Below the pieces are notes generated by a model. The model was not told the DNA's origin. It saw nothing but the letters and a program-made list of their open reading frames with translations, and made no database searches. The translations under genes and the position numbers were made by a program. A DNA stretch of 64,000 nt, from assembly GCA_036380475.1 (NCBI GenBank), contig DASVEP010000147.1, positions 10-64,009 of the forward strand, given 5' to 3'. Shown here one piece after another: positions 46,140-54,773 of the stretch (within the stretch, counting starts at the first letter, position 1; each line of letters begins with the position of its first letter). This DNA comes from Candidatus Dormiibacterota bacterium (GTDB lineage Bacteria > Chloroflexota > Dormibacteria > Dormibacterales > Dormibacteraceae).

Positions 46140-47183
46140 GTGAGCGAAGGACCGACAGGCCCCTCGCCTGAGGAGACGCCCCCGGCGCGCGCCTCGTGGG
46201 AAATAGTCCCGCCTCAGGCTCCTGAACCGCTGCCGCCCCCGCCGGACGCACCCCCATCTGCGCCGGCACCGGACTATTCGGCCCCGCCTGGTTACGCGGT
46301 GCATCCATACGCGACAGCGCCTCCCGGCCGGAACATGCGACCGATCATCGCCGGCGTTGTCGTCGTGGCCGTGCTCGTCGTCGCGGTCATCGGGTATGGC
46401 ATCGCCGGCTTCGCGTTCGCCCAGGGCCGGCTTGATGCCGCCCGCAGCACCTACAACACAGTGGTGTCGCATCAGAACACGATCACCGATGAGTTCAACT
46501 CATTCGACAGCAAGGTGACCGGCGTCAACGTGACCAGCGCCACGGCCGCGGACCTCAAGACAAACCAGGACGCCTACGCACTGCTCGTTACGCAGTCCCA
46601 GGCTGCCCAGCCGACCATTGCGTCGGACAACGCCTCGCTGGCCACCGCCCAGGCCGGCCTTCGCCAGAACTCGTGGTTGACCGTCCTCAACCGCTCGAGC
46701 CTGGACCAGGCGTCATCGAAGATCGACCATGAGCGCAAGGCGCTGGCGAGCGCAAAGACGATCACCGGAGACCTGGTCGAGCTGGGTACGTTCTACCAGC
46801 AGTTCTACACAGCGCTGCTCGATCTCGACACCCTGGACACCAAGACCCAGGCCAGCGACTTTCCCGGTGCGTCAACCGCCATCACCACGCTGAAGGCCGA
46901 CATCGACAAGGCGATCCAGCTCGCTTCTGCGCCTGGGCTGCCGCCCGAGATGAAGCTCTTCCTGACCGATTTCCAGGCCCTGGCCGGCGATTTCGGAAAG
47001 CTCCTCAACGCCGCCCTTGCCGGCGACACCAACGGTGCGAATGCGGACCTGGCATCGGTCAAGGCAGACCTGACCAAGATCGAGTCGTACGACTTCGACA
47101 AGATGTCAACCGCGATCAAGGCTTTCTATCAACCGCTGATCGACAGCTTCAACTCCGAGGTCGCCAAAGCCAACTCGATGTAA
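46140..47183 (+). CDS. Hypothetical single-pass membrane protein: Pro-rich N-terminus, one TM, alpha-helical ectodomain of about 250 aa (paralogue A)
   Basis: PPxY-like Pro-rich 65 aa, TM IIAGVVVVAVLVVAVIGYGIAGFAF, then a Q/A/S/T/L-rich helical region. No family recognised. Confidence 0.6.
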   Translation: MSEGPTGPSPEETPPARASWEIVPPQAPEPLPPPPDAPPSAPAPDYSAPPGYAVHPYATAPPGRNMRPIIAGVVVVAVLVVAVIGYGIAGFAFAQGRLDAARSTYNTVVSHQNTITDEFNSFDSKVTGVNVTSATAADLKTNQDAYALLVTQSQAAQPTIASDNASLATAQAGLRQNSWLTVLNRSSLDQASSKIDHERKALASAKTITGDLVELGTFYQQFYTALLDLDTLDTKTQASDFPGASTAITTLKADIDKAIQLASAPGLPPEMKLFLTDFQALAGDFGKLLNAALAGDTNGANADLASVKADLTKIESYDFDKMSTAIKAFYQPLIDSFNSEVAKANSM

Positions 47184-47211
47184 GGGCGCCGGTGGCGCAC
47201 CGGGCCCGCGA

Positions 47212-47217
47212 GATAAT
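47212..47217 (+). promoter_or_regulatory. -10-like GATAAT 5-8 nt upstream of GTG 47223/47226
   Basis: Read directly in the 39-nt spacer between the two paralogues. Confidence 0.35.
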
Positions 47218-47222
47218 CACCT

Positions 47223-48239
47223 GTGGTGAGTGAACAACCGCCGGCCTATCCGCCACCCCCAGAAGGGCCTCCGGCCGACTATGCGCCGCCGCCCGGGCTG
47301 CCGCCCGCCGAACCTGCACAGCCTCCCTCAGGGCCACCTTCGACCGCGTATCCGCCAGCCCCAGCCTACGGATATACGCCTGCTCCCCCGGCTCCGCATC
47401 GCGCCTCGGGGGGCGTCCGTGCCGTCGTCGCTTCCGTGGTTGTTGTCGTGGTCCTGCTGGTCGGAGTGATCGGCTACGGGCTGGGCGGGTACGCGTACGG
47501 CTCGAGCCGGATCTCGGATGCCACCGGTGCCATCAACTCGGTGCAGGCTCATCGAAGCTACGTCAACACGACCTTCGACCTGCTCAACCAGCAGGTGTCG
47601 ACCCTCGAAGCGAGCACGGACCCGACCGCTGCCAAGTCCACATCGGGCCAGCTGGTGACCGAATCGGAGGGAATGCAGGCGAATCTCGCCGGCGACGATC
47701 AGGCGCTCGTGTCGGCCCGCTCCCGGCTGAACGACCAGCAGTGGCTGACGGCGCTGAGCAAGGGCCGTCTGGCGGCCGCAGCCGGCCGGATCGATCACGC
47801 GCGCCAGGCGGTCGCTTCGCTCGAGTCGGCGGCGGGCGGCATCGTCCAGCTCGGGCAGTACTTCCAGGGCTTTTTCCAGGCGTTGGTCGATGCCAGGACG
47901 ATGCTCACCGCCGCCGGCAACAATGACCTGGTGGGGACCGTCGCCGCCGACGGCGCATTCCAGGCCGACAGCGCGAAAGCGATGCAGGCGCCAAACCCGC
48001 CCGGCCTGCCGCACGAATACGCGGACTTCCTCATCGTGCTCCAGGCATACGCCGCGGATTTCGGGAAGGAGTTGAATGCGCGAGACACCGCCACCTTCAA
48101 CGCTGCGCACGACCTGGTGATGGCCGACATCGCGAAGTTGAACGCCGTCAACTTCGCCGGCACCGCAGGCGCGATCCAGAACTACTACCAGAAGTACCGC
48201 GACACCTTCAATGTGGAGATGGACAAGGCAACTGTCTGA
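47223..48239 (+). CDS. Hypothetical single-pass membrane protein, paralogue B of 46140-47183
   Basis: Same architecture, with collinear shared motifs: QWLT.L, IDH.R.A.AS, LG.(Y/F)(F/Y)Q.F, PGLP.E, DFGK.LNA, and a C-terminal (F/Y)YQ...D.FN.E..KA. Confidence 0.6.
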   Translation: MVSEQPPAYPPPPEGPPADYAPPPGLPPAEPAQPPSGPPSTAYPPAPAYGYTPAPPAPHRASGGVRAVVASVVVVVVLLVGVIGYGLGGYAYGSSRISDATGAINSVQAHRSYVNTTFDLLNQQVSTLEASTDPTAAKSTSGQLVTESEGMQANLAGDDQALVSARSRLNDQQWLTALSKGRLAAAAGRIDHARQAVASLESAAGGIVQLGQYFQGFFQALVDARTMLTAAGNNDLVGTVAADGAFQADSAKAMQAPNPPGLPHEYADFLIVLQAYAADFGKELNARDTATFNAAHDLVMADIAKLNAVNFAGTAGAIQNYYQKYRDTFNVEMDKATV

Positions 48240-48242
48240 CGC

Positions 48243-49025
48243 ATGGCTCCAGGACTCTTCGAAGACGTTTCGATAACCCGTCGTGTCAATCGCGAGAACA
48301 TCCTGCTTTTGGGCGGCGGCCGCGCCCTCCTAATGCAGCTGGCGCACCCGAAGGTCGCGGCCGGAGTCGACGACCATTCGGACTTTCGCACGCGTCCGAT
48401 CCGGCGTCTTCGCCGCACCGTCGTGATGACGATGGCGATCGTCTTCGGCGAGCGTGAGACTGCGCTTGCCGCTGCGCGTTCAGTCAACCAGGCGCACGGT
48501 CGTGTGCAGGGCAAGGACTACCGCGCGCTCGACCCGGATCTTTTGATGTGGGTGCACGCAACGCTGGTCGACTCCGCGCTAGTCACCTATGAGACCTTCG
48601 TTCAACGACTCACCGCGTCGGAGCGGGAGGACTTCTACCAGGAGTCGAAGCTGGTCGGCGAGCTTCTGGGAATCCCGCGCGGCCGATTTCCGGATCGGCT
48701 CGAGGATTTCAACCGGTACATGCAGCGAATGATCGATACCGGAGAGGTGCGGGCCAGCGAGCGGGCGAAAGAGCTGGGCCGATTGGTGATTCGACCGCCG
48801 CTCCGCCTGCTGCCAGGCCCGGTGATGGTCCCCTTCAAGGTGGTTACCACCGGCCTCCTGCCCGACGCCATGAGAGCGGACTACGGGCTGCCCTGGGGTC
48901 GCGGCCAGCAGCGGGCGTTCAAGCTCGCAGTGGCAGCTGTGCCGCGGATCGTTGCATTGACACCGCCCGTCATCCGCGTATGGCCGCTCCCTGGCCACAC
49001 CGTGAGCCTGAAGGCTATTTCTTGA
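48243..49025 (+). CDS. MpaB/DUF2236 family oxygenase-like protein
   Basis: RRVNRENILLLGGGRALLMQLAHPKVAAGV..HS.F N-terminal pattern typical of DUF2236. Confidence 0.75.
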   Translation: MAPGLFEDVSITRRVNRENILLLGGGRALLMQLAHPKVAAGVDDHSDFRTRPIRRLRRTVVMTMAIVFGERETALAAARSVNQAHGRVQGKDYRALDPDLLMWVHATLVDSALVTYETFVQRLTASEREDFYQESKLVGELLGIPRGRFPDRLEDFNRYMQRMIDTGEVRASERAKELGRLVIRPPLRLLPGPVMVPFKVVTTGLLPDAMRADYGLPWGRGQQRAFKLAVAAVPRIVALTPPVIRVWPLPGHTVSLKAIS

Positions 49026-49848
49026 TGTAGACGACGCCCAGTGCCTTCGGGCCTGTGTGCGTGCCGAGAACGCAGCCGATCTTGCCGACCACGATCTCCT
49101 GTCCCGGCAGCTGCTCGCGGAGCCGCGCCGCTATCGTGTCGGCCTCGTCCGGAGCCTGGGCGTGCATCACAGCGACCTGTTCGACCGGCAGATCGCCACG
49201 AAAGTATTCGACCATCCTCGGGATCGCTCGAGACCGCGTGCGCACGCGGTCGACCGGCTTGATCTCGCGGTCCACGACCAGCAGCAAAGGCTTGAGGTCT
49301 AGCAGCGTCCCGATCATCGCCCCCGCCCGGCTCAGACGGCCGCCCATCTCCAGATAGCGGAGCGTGTCGAGGAGGGCGAGCACGCGGCATTTCGGCACGC
49401 GTTCCTCGACCGCCGCCTTTGCTGCATCCAGTGATTCGCTTTCGGCGGCCACCTTGCATAGAAATGCAATCGGCATGGTCACGGTCTCGCTGTCGATGAC
49501 CTCGACCCTGAAGCCTTCAACCGATTGCGCGCCGACCCGCGCGGATTCGGCGGTGGCCGACAGCTGCGCGCCCAGGTGGATGGATATGCAGCCGTCGTAG
49601 GTCTCGGCCAATCGCCTGTACACATCCGCAAATTCACCTGGCGACGGCGCCGAGGTTGTCGGCAGCTTGGTCGCGACGGCGAGTCGCTGAAAGAATTGCT
49701 CATCTGTGATGTCGACGCGATCCCGAAACGTCTCGTTGCCGAAGATGACCTTCAGCGGGACCACCTCGATCCCGTAGCGCGTGCGCCACTCGTCGGGAAG
49801 ATCGGCCGTGGAGTCGGTGACGACCGCGAAACGACGACTTGGCGTCAC
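49015..49848 (-). CDS. DegV family fatty-acid-binding protein (FakB-like)
   Basis: FAVVTDSTADLP...VPLKV.F start of the DegV fold. GTG 49848 lies 10 nt after the fakA stop. The longer ORF overlaps fakA out of frame. Confidence 0.85.
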   Translation of the reverse strand: MTPSRRFAVVTDSTADLPDEWRTRYGIEVVPLKVIFGNETFRDRVDITDEQFFQRLAVATKLPTTSAPSPGEFADVYRRLAETYDGCISIHLGAQLSATAESARVGAQSVEGFRVEVIDSETVTMPIAFLCKVAAESESLDAAKAAVEERVPKCRVLALLDTLRYLEMGGRLSRAGAMIGTLLDLKPLLLVVDREIKPVDRVRTRSRAIPRMVEYFRGDLPVEQVAVMHAQAPDEADTIAARLREQLPGQEIVVGKIGCVLGTHTGPKALGVVYIKK

Positions 49849-49858
49849 CAGTTCGGCG

Positions 49859-51487
49859 CTATTCGACGGAGAGGATGAACGGATAGTGCTGCTGACCGCC
49901 TTGCTGAACCTCGACCTCCAGCCCGGGGAATGTGGAGCGGATCGCCGATTCGAGGCTCGCCAGCTCGTCGTCGCTGGCGCCCTGGCCGCGATACACGGTG
50001 ACGAGCTCGTATGAGTCCGGGCCCAGCTTGCCAAGCGCTTTATTGACGACCTCGGCGTAGCCCGCGCCCGCAAACTCCAGCTTGTCGTTGATGAGCCCGA
50101 TGACGTCCCCCTTCTTGACCTTGAGCCCGTTGGAGCGAGTGTCACGTACCGCGTGGGTTACCTCGATCGTCTGCACGCGGGCCGCTTCGGCCTTCATCGC
50201 GGCCACGTTGTCGGCGCCGCTTCGCTCGGGACGGAAAGCGACAACGGCAGCAACCCCCTGGGGCACGCTGTGCGTCTCGATTACGTGCACTTTCTTCTTC
50301 GTCAGGTTGGGGACCTGGCTCGCGGCGAGGATGACGTTGCCGTTGTTCGGCAGGAGCACCACCTCGTCGTAAGGGACGCTGTCGACGGCTGTGAGCATAT
50401 CCTGCGTGCTCGGGTTCATGGTCTGGCCGCCTTCGACGATCGCATCGACCCCGAGGCCGCGGAAGATGTCGACCAGTCCGCTGCCGGCGACGACGGAAAC
50501 CAGGCCGACTCCGTTGGGCCGCGGCGGCCGGGCCGACGCGGCGGCGCTATCTAGGATGCGCCGGTGCTGCGTCGACATGTCTCCGACGCTTAGCTTCAGC
50601 AGCTTCCCGAAGCCACCGGCGAGCGTGATGACGCGAGTCGGATCGTCGGTGTGCACGTGGACCTTGACCAGCTCCGGCTCGCCGACGACGAGGACAGAGT
50701 TGCCAAGCGATTCGATCTCGCCACGGATCCTGTCGATGTCCAGGTCAGAGCCCTCGATGAGGAACTCCGTGCAGTAGCCCCACCCACCCTCGGGCAGGTC
50801 GAGCGCCACCTGCGCGGCCTTCGGCTTGGCGGCAATCGCGTCGACGTGGAACGACTCGGCTTGCTCGACCGTCTGCAGCATGCCTTCGAGGATGATCTGC
50901 AGGCCGAAGCCGCCGGCGTCGACAACACCCGCGTCTCGAAGGATCTGGAGCTGGTTCGGCGTCTTCGCGACGGCGGCCTTCGCACCCGCGGCTGCGGCAG
51001 CAATCACGCCGGGGACAGTGGCATCGGGGTCGCCGGCCGCGTTGGAAGCGGCTCGGCCTGCTTCGCGCGCGACGGTGAGGATGGTCCCTTCGGTCGGTTT
51101 GTTGACCGCGCGATATGCGGCGTTGGCCGCCTCTTCGAAGGCCGCCGCGAGCTCTCGGGGCGTCAGCGAGCTCTTGCCTTCGACTGCCCGCGCAAACCCG
51201 CGAAAGATCTGCGACAGGATGACGCCCGAGTTCCCGCGGGCGCCCATCAGGCTCCCATGCGAGGCGAGCTTGGCGATCTTGCTTACCTCTGCCGCGCTCG
51301 ACTCTTTGATGTCCTCGACCGCGGACTGGAGCGTGAGCAGCATGTTCGTGCCGGTGTCCCCGTCTGGAACCGGGAACACGTTGAGACGGTTGACCTCCTC
51401 GTGGTTTGCCGACAGCCAGCTGAGGCTGCCGAGCAGCGCTTGTTTGAAGAGGGGTCCGTCCACCCCGACTGGTCTACGCGAGGCCAT
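49859..51487 (-). CDS. fakA: DAK2-domain protein YloV / fatty acid kinase FakA-like
   Basis: LNVFPVPDGDTGTNM Dak2 motif, 542 aa with a DegV-like C-terminal half. Asp23-yloV-degV neighbourhood as in Firmicutes. Confidence 0.8.
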   Translation of the reverse strand: MASRRPVGVDGPLFKQALLGSLSWLSANHEEVNRLNVFPVPDGDTGTNMLLTLQSAVEDIKESSAAEVSKIAKLASHGSLMGARGNSGVILSQIFRGFARAVEGKSSLTPRELAAAFEEAANAAYRAVNKPTEGTILTVAREAGRAASNAAGDPDATVPGVIAAAAAGAKAAVAKTPNQLQILRDAGVVDAGGFGLQIILEGMLQTVEQAESFHVDAIAAKPKAAQVALDLPEGGWGYCTEFLIEGSDLDIDRIRGEIESLGNSVLVVGEPELVKVHVHTDDPTRVITLAGGFGKLLKLSVGDMSTQHRRILDSAAASARPPRPNGVGLVSVVAGSGLVDIFRGLGVDAIVEGGQTMNPSTQDMLTAVDSVPYDEVVLLPNNGNVILAASQVPNLTKKKVHVIETHSVPQGVAAVVAFRPERSGADNVAAMKAEAARVQTIEVTHAVRDTRSNGLKVKKGDVIGLINDKLEFAGAGYAEVVNKALGKLGPDSYELVTVYRGQGASDDELASLESAIRSTFPGLEVEVQQGGQQHYPFILSVE

Positions 51488-51542
51488 GCTCGAGCCCCAC
51501 GAACTCAGAGGCTGCGCCGCGAATTCGCGGGGACCCCTCCAC

Positions 51543-51920
51543 TCAGCGCCGCTCTTCCTTGACGCCCTGAACGTTCACGTTGACCTCGACCACCGGTACG
51601 TTCACCGCTCGTTCGACATCGAATTTCACCGTCTCCTGCAGGTTGTGCGCCACCTCGGAGATCCGCATGCCGTACTGGACGATCACGTAGAGGTCGATCG
51701 ACAGGCCGCCCTCAACCTCGATCACCTCGACCCCACGGTCGACGCTCTCCCGGCGGACCAGCTCGGCAACCCCGTCACGAAGGCCCCGCGCGGCCATGCC
51801 GCTGACGCCGTAGCAACCCAAGGCGGCATGCGCCGCGATCGCCGCGACCGCCGACGGGAAGACCTCGATGCGGCCCCACCGCTGAGCCTGACCGAGCGCC
51901 GTTGGGGTTTTCGGGGCCAT
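51543..51920 (-). CDS. Asp23/Gls24 family envelope stress protein
   Basis: GRIEVFPSAVAAIAAHAALGCYGV...LSIDLYVIVQYGMRISEVAHNLQETVKF. ATG 51920 preferred. Confidence 0.85.
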   Translation of the reverse strand: MAPKTPTALGQAQRWGRIEVFPSAVAAIAAHAALGCYGVSGMAARGLRDGVAELVRRESVDRGVEVIEVEGGLSIDLYVIVQYGMRISEVAHNLQETVKFDVERAVNVPVVEVNVNVQGVKEERR

Positions 51921-51930
51921 GGAGAGCCCA

Positions 51931-51939
51931 TGGTACAAT
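51931..51939 (+). promoter_or_regulatory. Extended -10 (TGgTACAAT) upstream of rpmB, giving a leader of about 70 nt with SD GAAGGTG
   Basis: Read directly. This start has an SD 4 nt upstream, i.e. a leadered gene in contrast to the leaderless series. Confidence 0.35.
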
Positions 51940-52014
51940 TCGTTCACGCCCAGGTGAGCTCGGCGACCCTTGGCGTTTCTTTTTGGATCAAATTCCCCAC
52001 TCTGAAGGTGACTC

Positions 52015-52194
52015 ATGGCCAAGCGTTGCGCGATTTGCGGCAAGGAGCCGCAGTACGGACACCACGTCAGTCATGCCAAGAACCGGGTCAACCGGCGATT
52101 TGAGCCCAACCTGCAAATGGGCCGCGTGACCGTGGCCGGCCGCTCGATGAGAGCGCGCGTCTGCACCCGCTGCCTGCGCACGTACTCCGCCTGA
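52015..52194 (+). CDS. rpmB: 50S ribosomal protein L28 (59 aa, below the ORF-track cutoff)
   Basis: My translation: MAKRCAICGKEPQYGHHVSHAKNRVNRRFEPNLQMGRVTVAGRSMRARVCTRCLRTYSA. Typical L28. Confidence 0.9.
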   Translation: MAKRCAICGKEPQYGHHVSHAKNRVNRRFEPNLQMGRVTVAGRSMRARVCTRCLRTYSA

Positions 52195-52271
52195 ACGACA
52201 GCGCGTTCCTGACCTTCGGGATCCTCGCCTTTCTCCTCACGCTTGGCGCGCAGTACGGCCTCTATCACAAC

Positions 52272-52520
52272 ATGCTCCGCAAGCCCCTCCTGACGCGCGA
52301 CGTCGCCATGATGCGGCCGGCTGTAGTCCGCTGGTTGAAGGTGATACTCGCCTGGCAGGTGGTGGTGGTCGGCGCCGCCATCGGTTATGTGGCGGTGCTC
52401 GCCTCGACACGACCTCTCGGATACGCCTGGGTAGCACCCGCGATCGGCGCAGTCTTCGGCACGGCGTTGCCGCTGCAGTTCGCGGTCGTGGCCATCCTGC
52501 GGGCCAGCCGCCCGTCCTAG
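52272..52520 (+). CDS. Small hydrophobic protein (2 TM from ATG 52272; possibly 3 TM if initiated upstream)
   Basis: The ORF has two clear TM helices. Its frame stays open upstream and encodes another TM-like segment (FLTFGILAFLLTLGAQYGLY). Confidence 0.4.
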   Translation: MLRKPLLTRDVAMMRPAVVRWLKVILAWQVVVVGAAIGYVAVLASTRPLGYAWVAPAIGAVFGTALPLQFAVVAILRASRPS

Positions 52521-53638
52521 CCGGCGGGATCGCCGAAGTCGAGTCCGTGGACTTCGCCGAGCGTCTTTAGATCTTTGCGCAGCGAGGCCCACACGCGTAC
52601 CTGGACTTCCGTCGGGGGGACGGGGCCCGTTGCGTCGTTGAAAGACTCCGCCAGGTCTGGCCGCTCGACCATCTCGGCGAAGAACAGCGTCCAGGCTCGG
52701 GGCACCACCTCGTAGATGGCGTAGCCCCCGCCCCCCAACGCGAGCCACCGGCCCTCGCAGAGCTCATGGGCGATCTCATGGAACACCTTGCCCACACGCG
52801 GCCAGATCCGCGTCGTCGCTGCGATGTGCGCGAGTGGGTCGAGGTAGTGCGTGTCACAACCGTCCTGGGTCACGAGCACGGTCGGCTTGAACCGCCTCAG
52901 CAGGGCCGGCACCACCCTTTCGAAGCCTTCGAGCCAGGGCTCGTCCCACGTATACGGCTGGAAAGGCAGATTCGCTGCAGCGCCTAGGCCATCGCCAACG
53001 CCGGAGTCCTGGGAAAATCCCGTGCCTGGAAACAAGTAGCGACCGCTCTCATGAAGGCTGATGGTGAGGACATCCGGATCCGCGTAGAAGATGTCCTCGA
53101 CGCCATCGCCATGGTGGACGTCGACGTCTACGTAAGCGACGCGATGGCCGCGGTCCTTCAACCACCGGCAGGCGATCGCGGGGTCGTCATACGTGCAGAA
53201 GCCCGATGCGCGATCGCGATGCGCGTGATGCAGGCCGCCAGATGGGCTGAACACGTGAAGGGCGGCGCCGCTTTCCAAGGCTTCGGCGCCGACCAGGGTT
53301 GCGCCCGCCACCAGGGAGGCCCCCTCGTGCAGCTCATCCGAGATGGGATTGTCGGCGGATCCAAACCCCGCAGCGTCGATGAGCTCGACCGGCACCGCGC
53401 GCCGTTGCGCCGGATCGCTCAGCTTGCGCACGAGGTCCACGTACTCCGGGGAATGAACCAGTTCGAGCTCAGCCACGGTCGCACGTCGCGGCGGCAGTAG
53501 GTGACTGTATTCGATTAGGCCGGAGGAGCGGATCAGGTCCACGGCCAGCTTGACCCGAATGGGCTGCAGCGGATGCTGATCGGAGAGGTGATGCTTCATG
53601 AGCTCCTCGCCGTAGACGAGCGCGACCGGTCCGGGCAT
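52517..53638 (-). CDS. Histone deacetylase-family / acetoin utilisation AcuC-like deacetylase
   Basis: ..GGLHHAHRDRASGFCTYDD.., DVDVHHGDGVEDIFY, ..SLHE.. motifs. ATG 53638 is preferred (leaderless geometry). Confidence 0.85.
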   Translation of the reverse strand: MPGPVALVYGEELMKHHLSDQHPLQPIRVKLAVDLIRSSGLIEYSHLLPPRRATVAELELVHSPEYVDLVRKLSDPAQRRAVPVELIDAAGFGSADNPISDELHEGASLVAGATLVGAEALESGAALHVFSPSGGLHHAHRDRASGFCTYDDPAIACRWLKDRGHRVAYVDVDVHHGDGVEDIFYADPDVLTISLHESGRYLFPGTGFSQDSGVGDGLGAAANLPFQPYTWDEPWLEGFERVVPALLRRFKPTVLVTQDGCDTHYLDPLAHIAATTRIWPRVGKVFHEIAHELCEGRWLALGGGGYAIYEVVPRAWTLFFAEMVERPDLAESFNDATGPVPPTEVQVRVWASLRKDLKTLGEVHGLDFGDPAG

Positions 53639-53660
53639 GGGCACGTAGGCTAACAGGCGC
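53639..53660. promoter_or_regulatory. 22-bp divergent spacer with overlapping opposed hexamers (TAGGCT 53646-53651 plus strand; TAGCCT 53652-53647 minus strand)
   Basis: Quasi-palindromic TAGGCTA core. Hexamers lie 9 and 8 nt from ATG 53661 and ATG 53638. Confidence 0.4.
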
Positions 53661-54773
53661 ATGCGCGCGCATCCGCTGTTCGAATCGGTCCCAAATTTCT
53701 CTGAAGGCACCCGCGGCGAAATCGTCGCCGCGTTCGCTGGAGCCGCTGCGCTGGCGCACGTCCTCGACGTCGATGCGGACGTCGATCACAATCGCGTCGT
53801 CGTCTCCCTCGCGGGCAACGCGTCCCATGTTGTGGATGCGCTTCTTGCGTCCGTGGAGGTGGCGATCGATCACATCGATCTCCGTGAGCATCGAGGTGTC
53901 CACCCACGCGTCGGAGCCGCTGACGTACTTCCGATCGTTCCGCTCGGCGATGCGAAGCTGGCCGGCGCCCACGAGCTCGCGAGGGAGCTCGGCGAGCGCG
54001 TGTGGAACGAACAGCACGTCCCGGTCTACTTCTACGGCCACGGTGAGCCTCACACGCTCGCAGACATCCGCGCCCGTCGGGTAACCCCCGACCTGGGCGG
54101 CCCCGACCTGCATGAGTCAGCGGGGGCTGTCTGCATCGGGGCCCGGCCGCCTTTGCTTGCATTCAATGTGTTGTTGCCGGGCGCGCCACCAGAAGCCGCT
54201 CGTGCCCTGGCGCGGTCGCTGCGAGAGGCCAACGGAGGATTGCGTGGGGTCCAGGCGCTTGCCTTCATGCTCCCGGGCGGCGTGATGCAGCTGTCCATGA
54301 ACCTGTTCCGCCTCGAAGAGACGCCACCCGCCGCCGTAATTGCCGAGCTGGAGCAGCGCGGTGTTGTCATCGGACCCCAACAGGTGATCGGGCTGTGCCC
54401 GGCGGCCGCTGCAAACGATGCCGCCGGTGGGCGCCTGCTCGAGGGGCGTCTCGCCGCCGCTGCGGCCCGCCGTGGTGCTGAGCTCTGTGCCGCGCAGGGC
54501 GACGACGAGCACTTGAGACTTGCGGTGCGATTGGAGCAGGTGGCCGGCCAGCTGGCCGGGTCGGGCATCGACCAGGAGGAGCTTCTCGCGGGCGCCGAAC
54601 GGGCGACAGCGCTGATTGGAGTCCTCGTGGCCGCGGGTGTTCTCGACCACGAGCTGCGGACGATGCTGGAGTGCGCGGCGCGAGGCCTCCGGTCAGCCCT
54701 CCTTTATCCGACTCTGTCCCACTACCCGGCACGCATCGAAGCGCTTGACGAGAAGCTCGAAGCGAAGGACTAG
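53661..54773 (+). CDS. ftcD: Glutamate formimidoyltransferase with a C-terminal helical extension of about 70 aa
   Basis: FESVPNFSEGTRGEIV (VPNFSEG motif) and the downstream FT fold. Confidence 0.85.
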   Translation: MRAHPLFESVPNFSEGTRGEIVAAFAGAAALAHVLDVDADVDHNRVVVSLAGNASHVVDALLASVEVAIDHIDLREHRGVHPRVGAADVLPIVPLGDAKLAGAHELARELGERVWNEQHVPVYFYGHGEPHTLADIRARRVTPDLGGPDLHESAGAVCIGARPPLLAFNVLLPGAPPEAARALARSLREANGGLRGVQALAFMLPGGVMQLSMNLFRLEETPPAAVIAELEQRGVVIGPQQVIGLCPAAAANDAAGGRLLEGRLAAAAARRGAELCAAQGDDEHLRLAVRLEQVAGQLAGSGIDQEELLAGAERATALIGVLVAAGVLDHELRTMLECAARGLRSALLYPTLSHYPARIEALDEKLEAKD

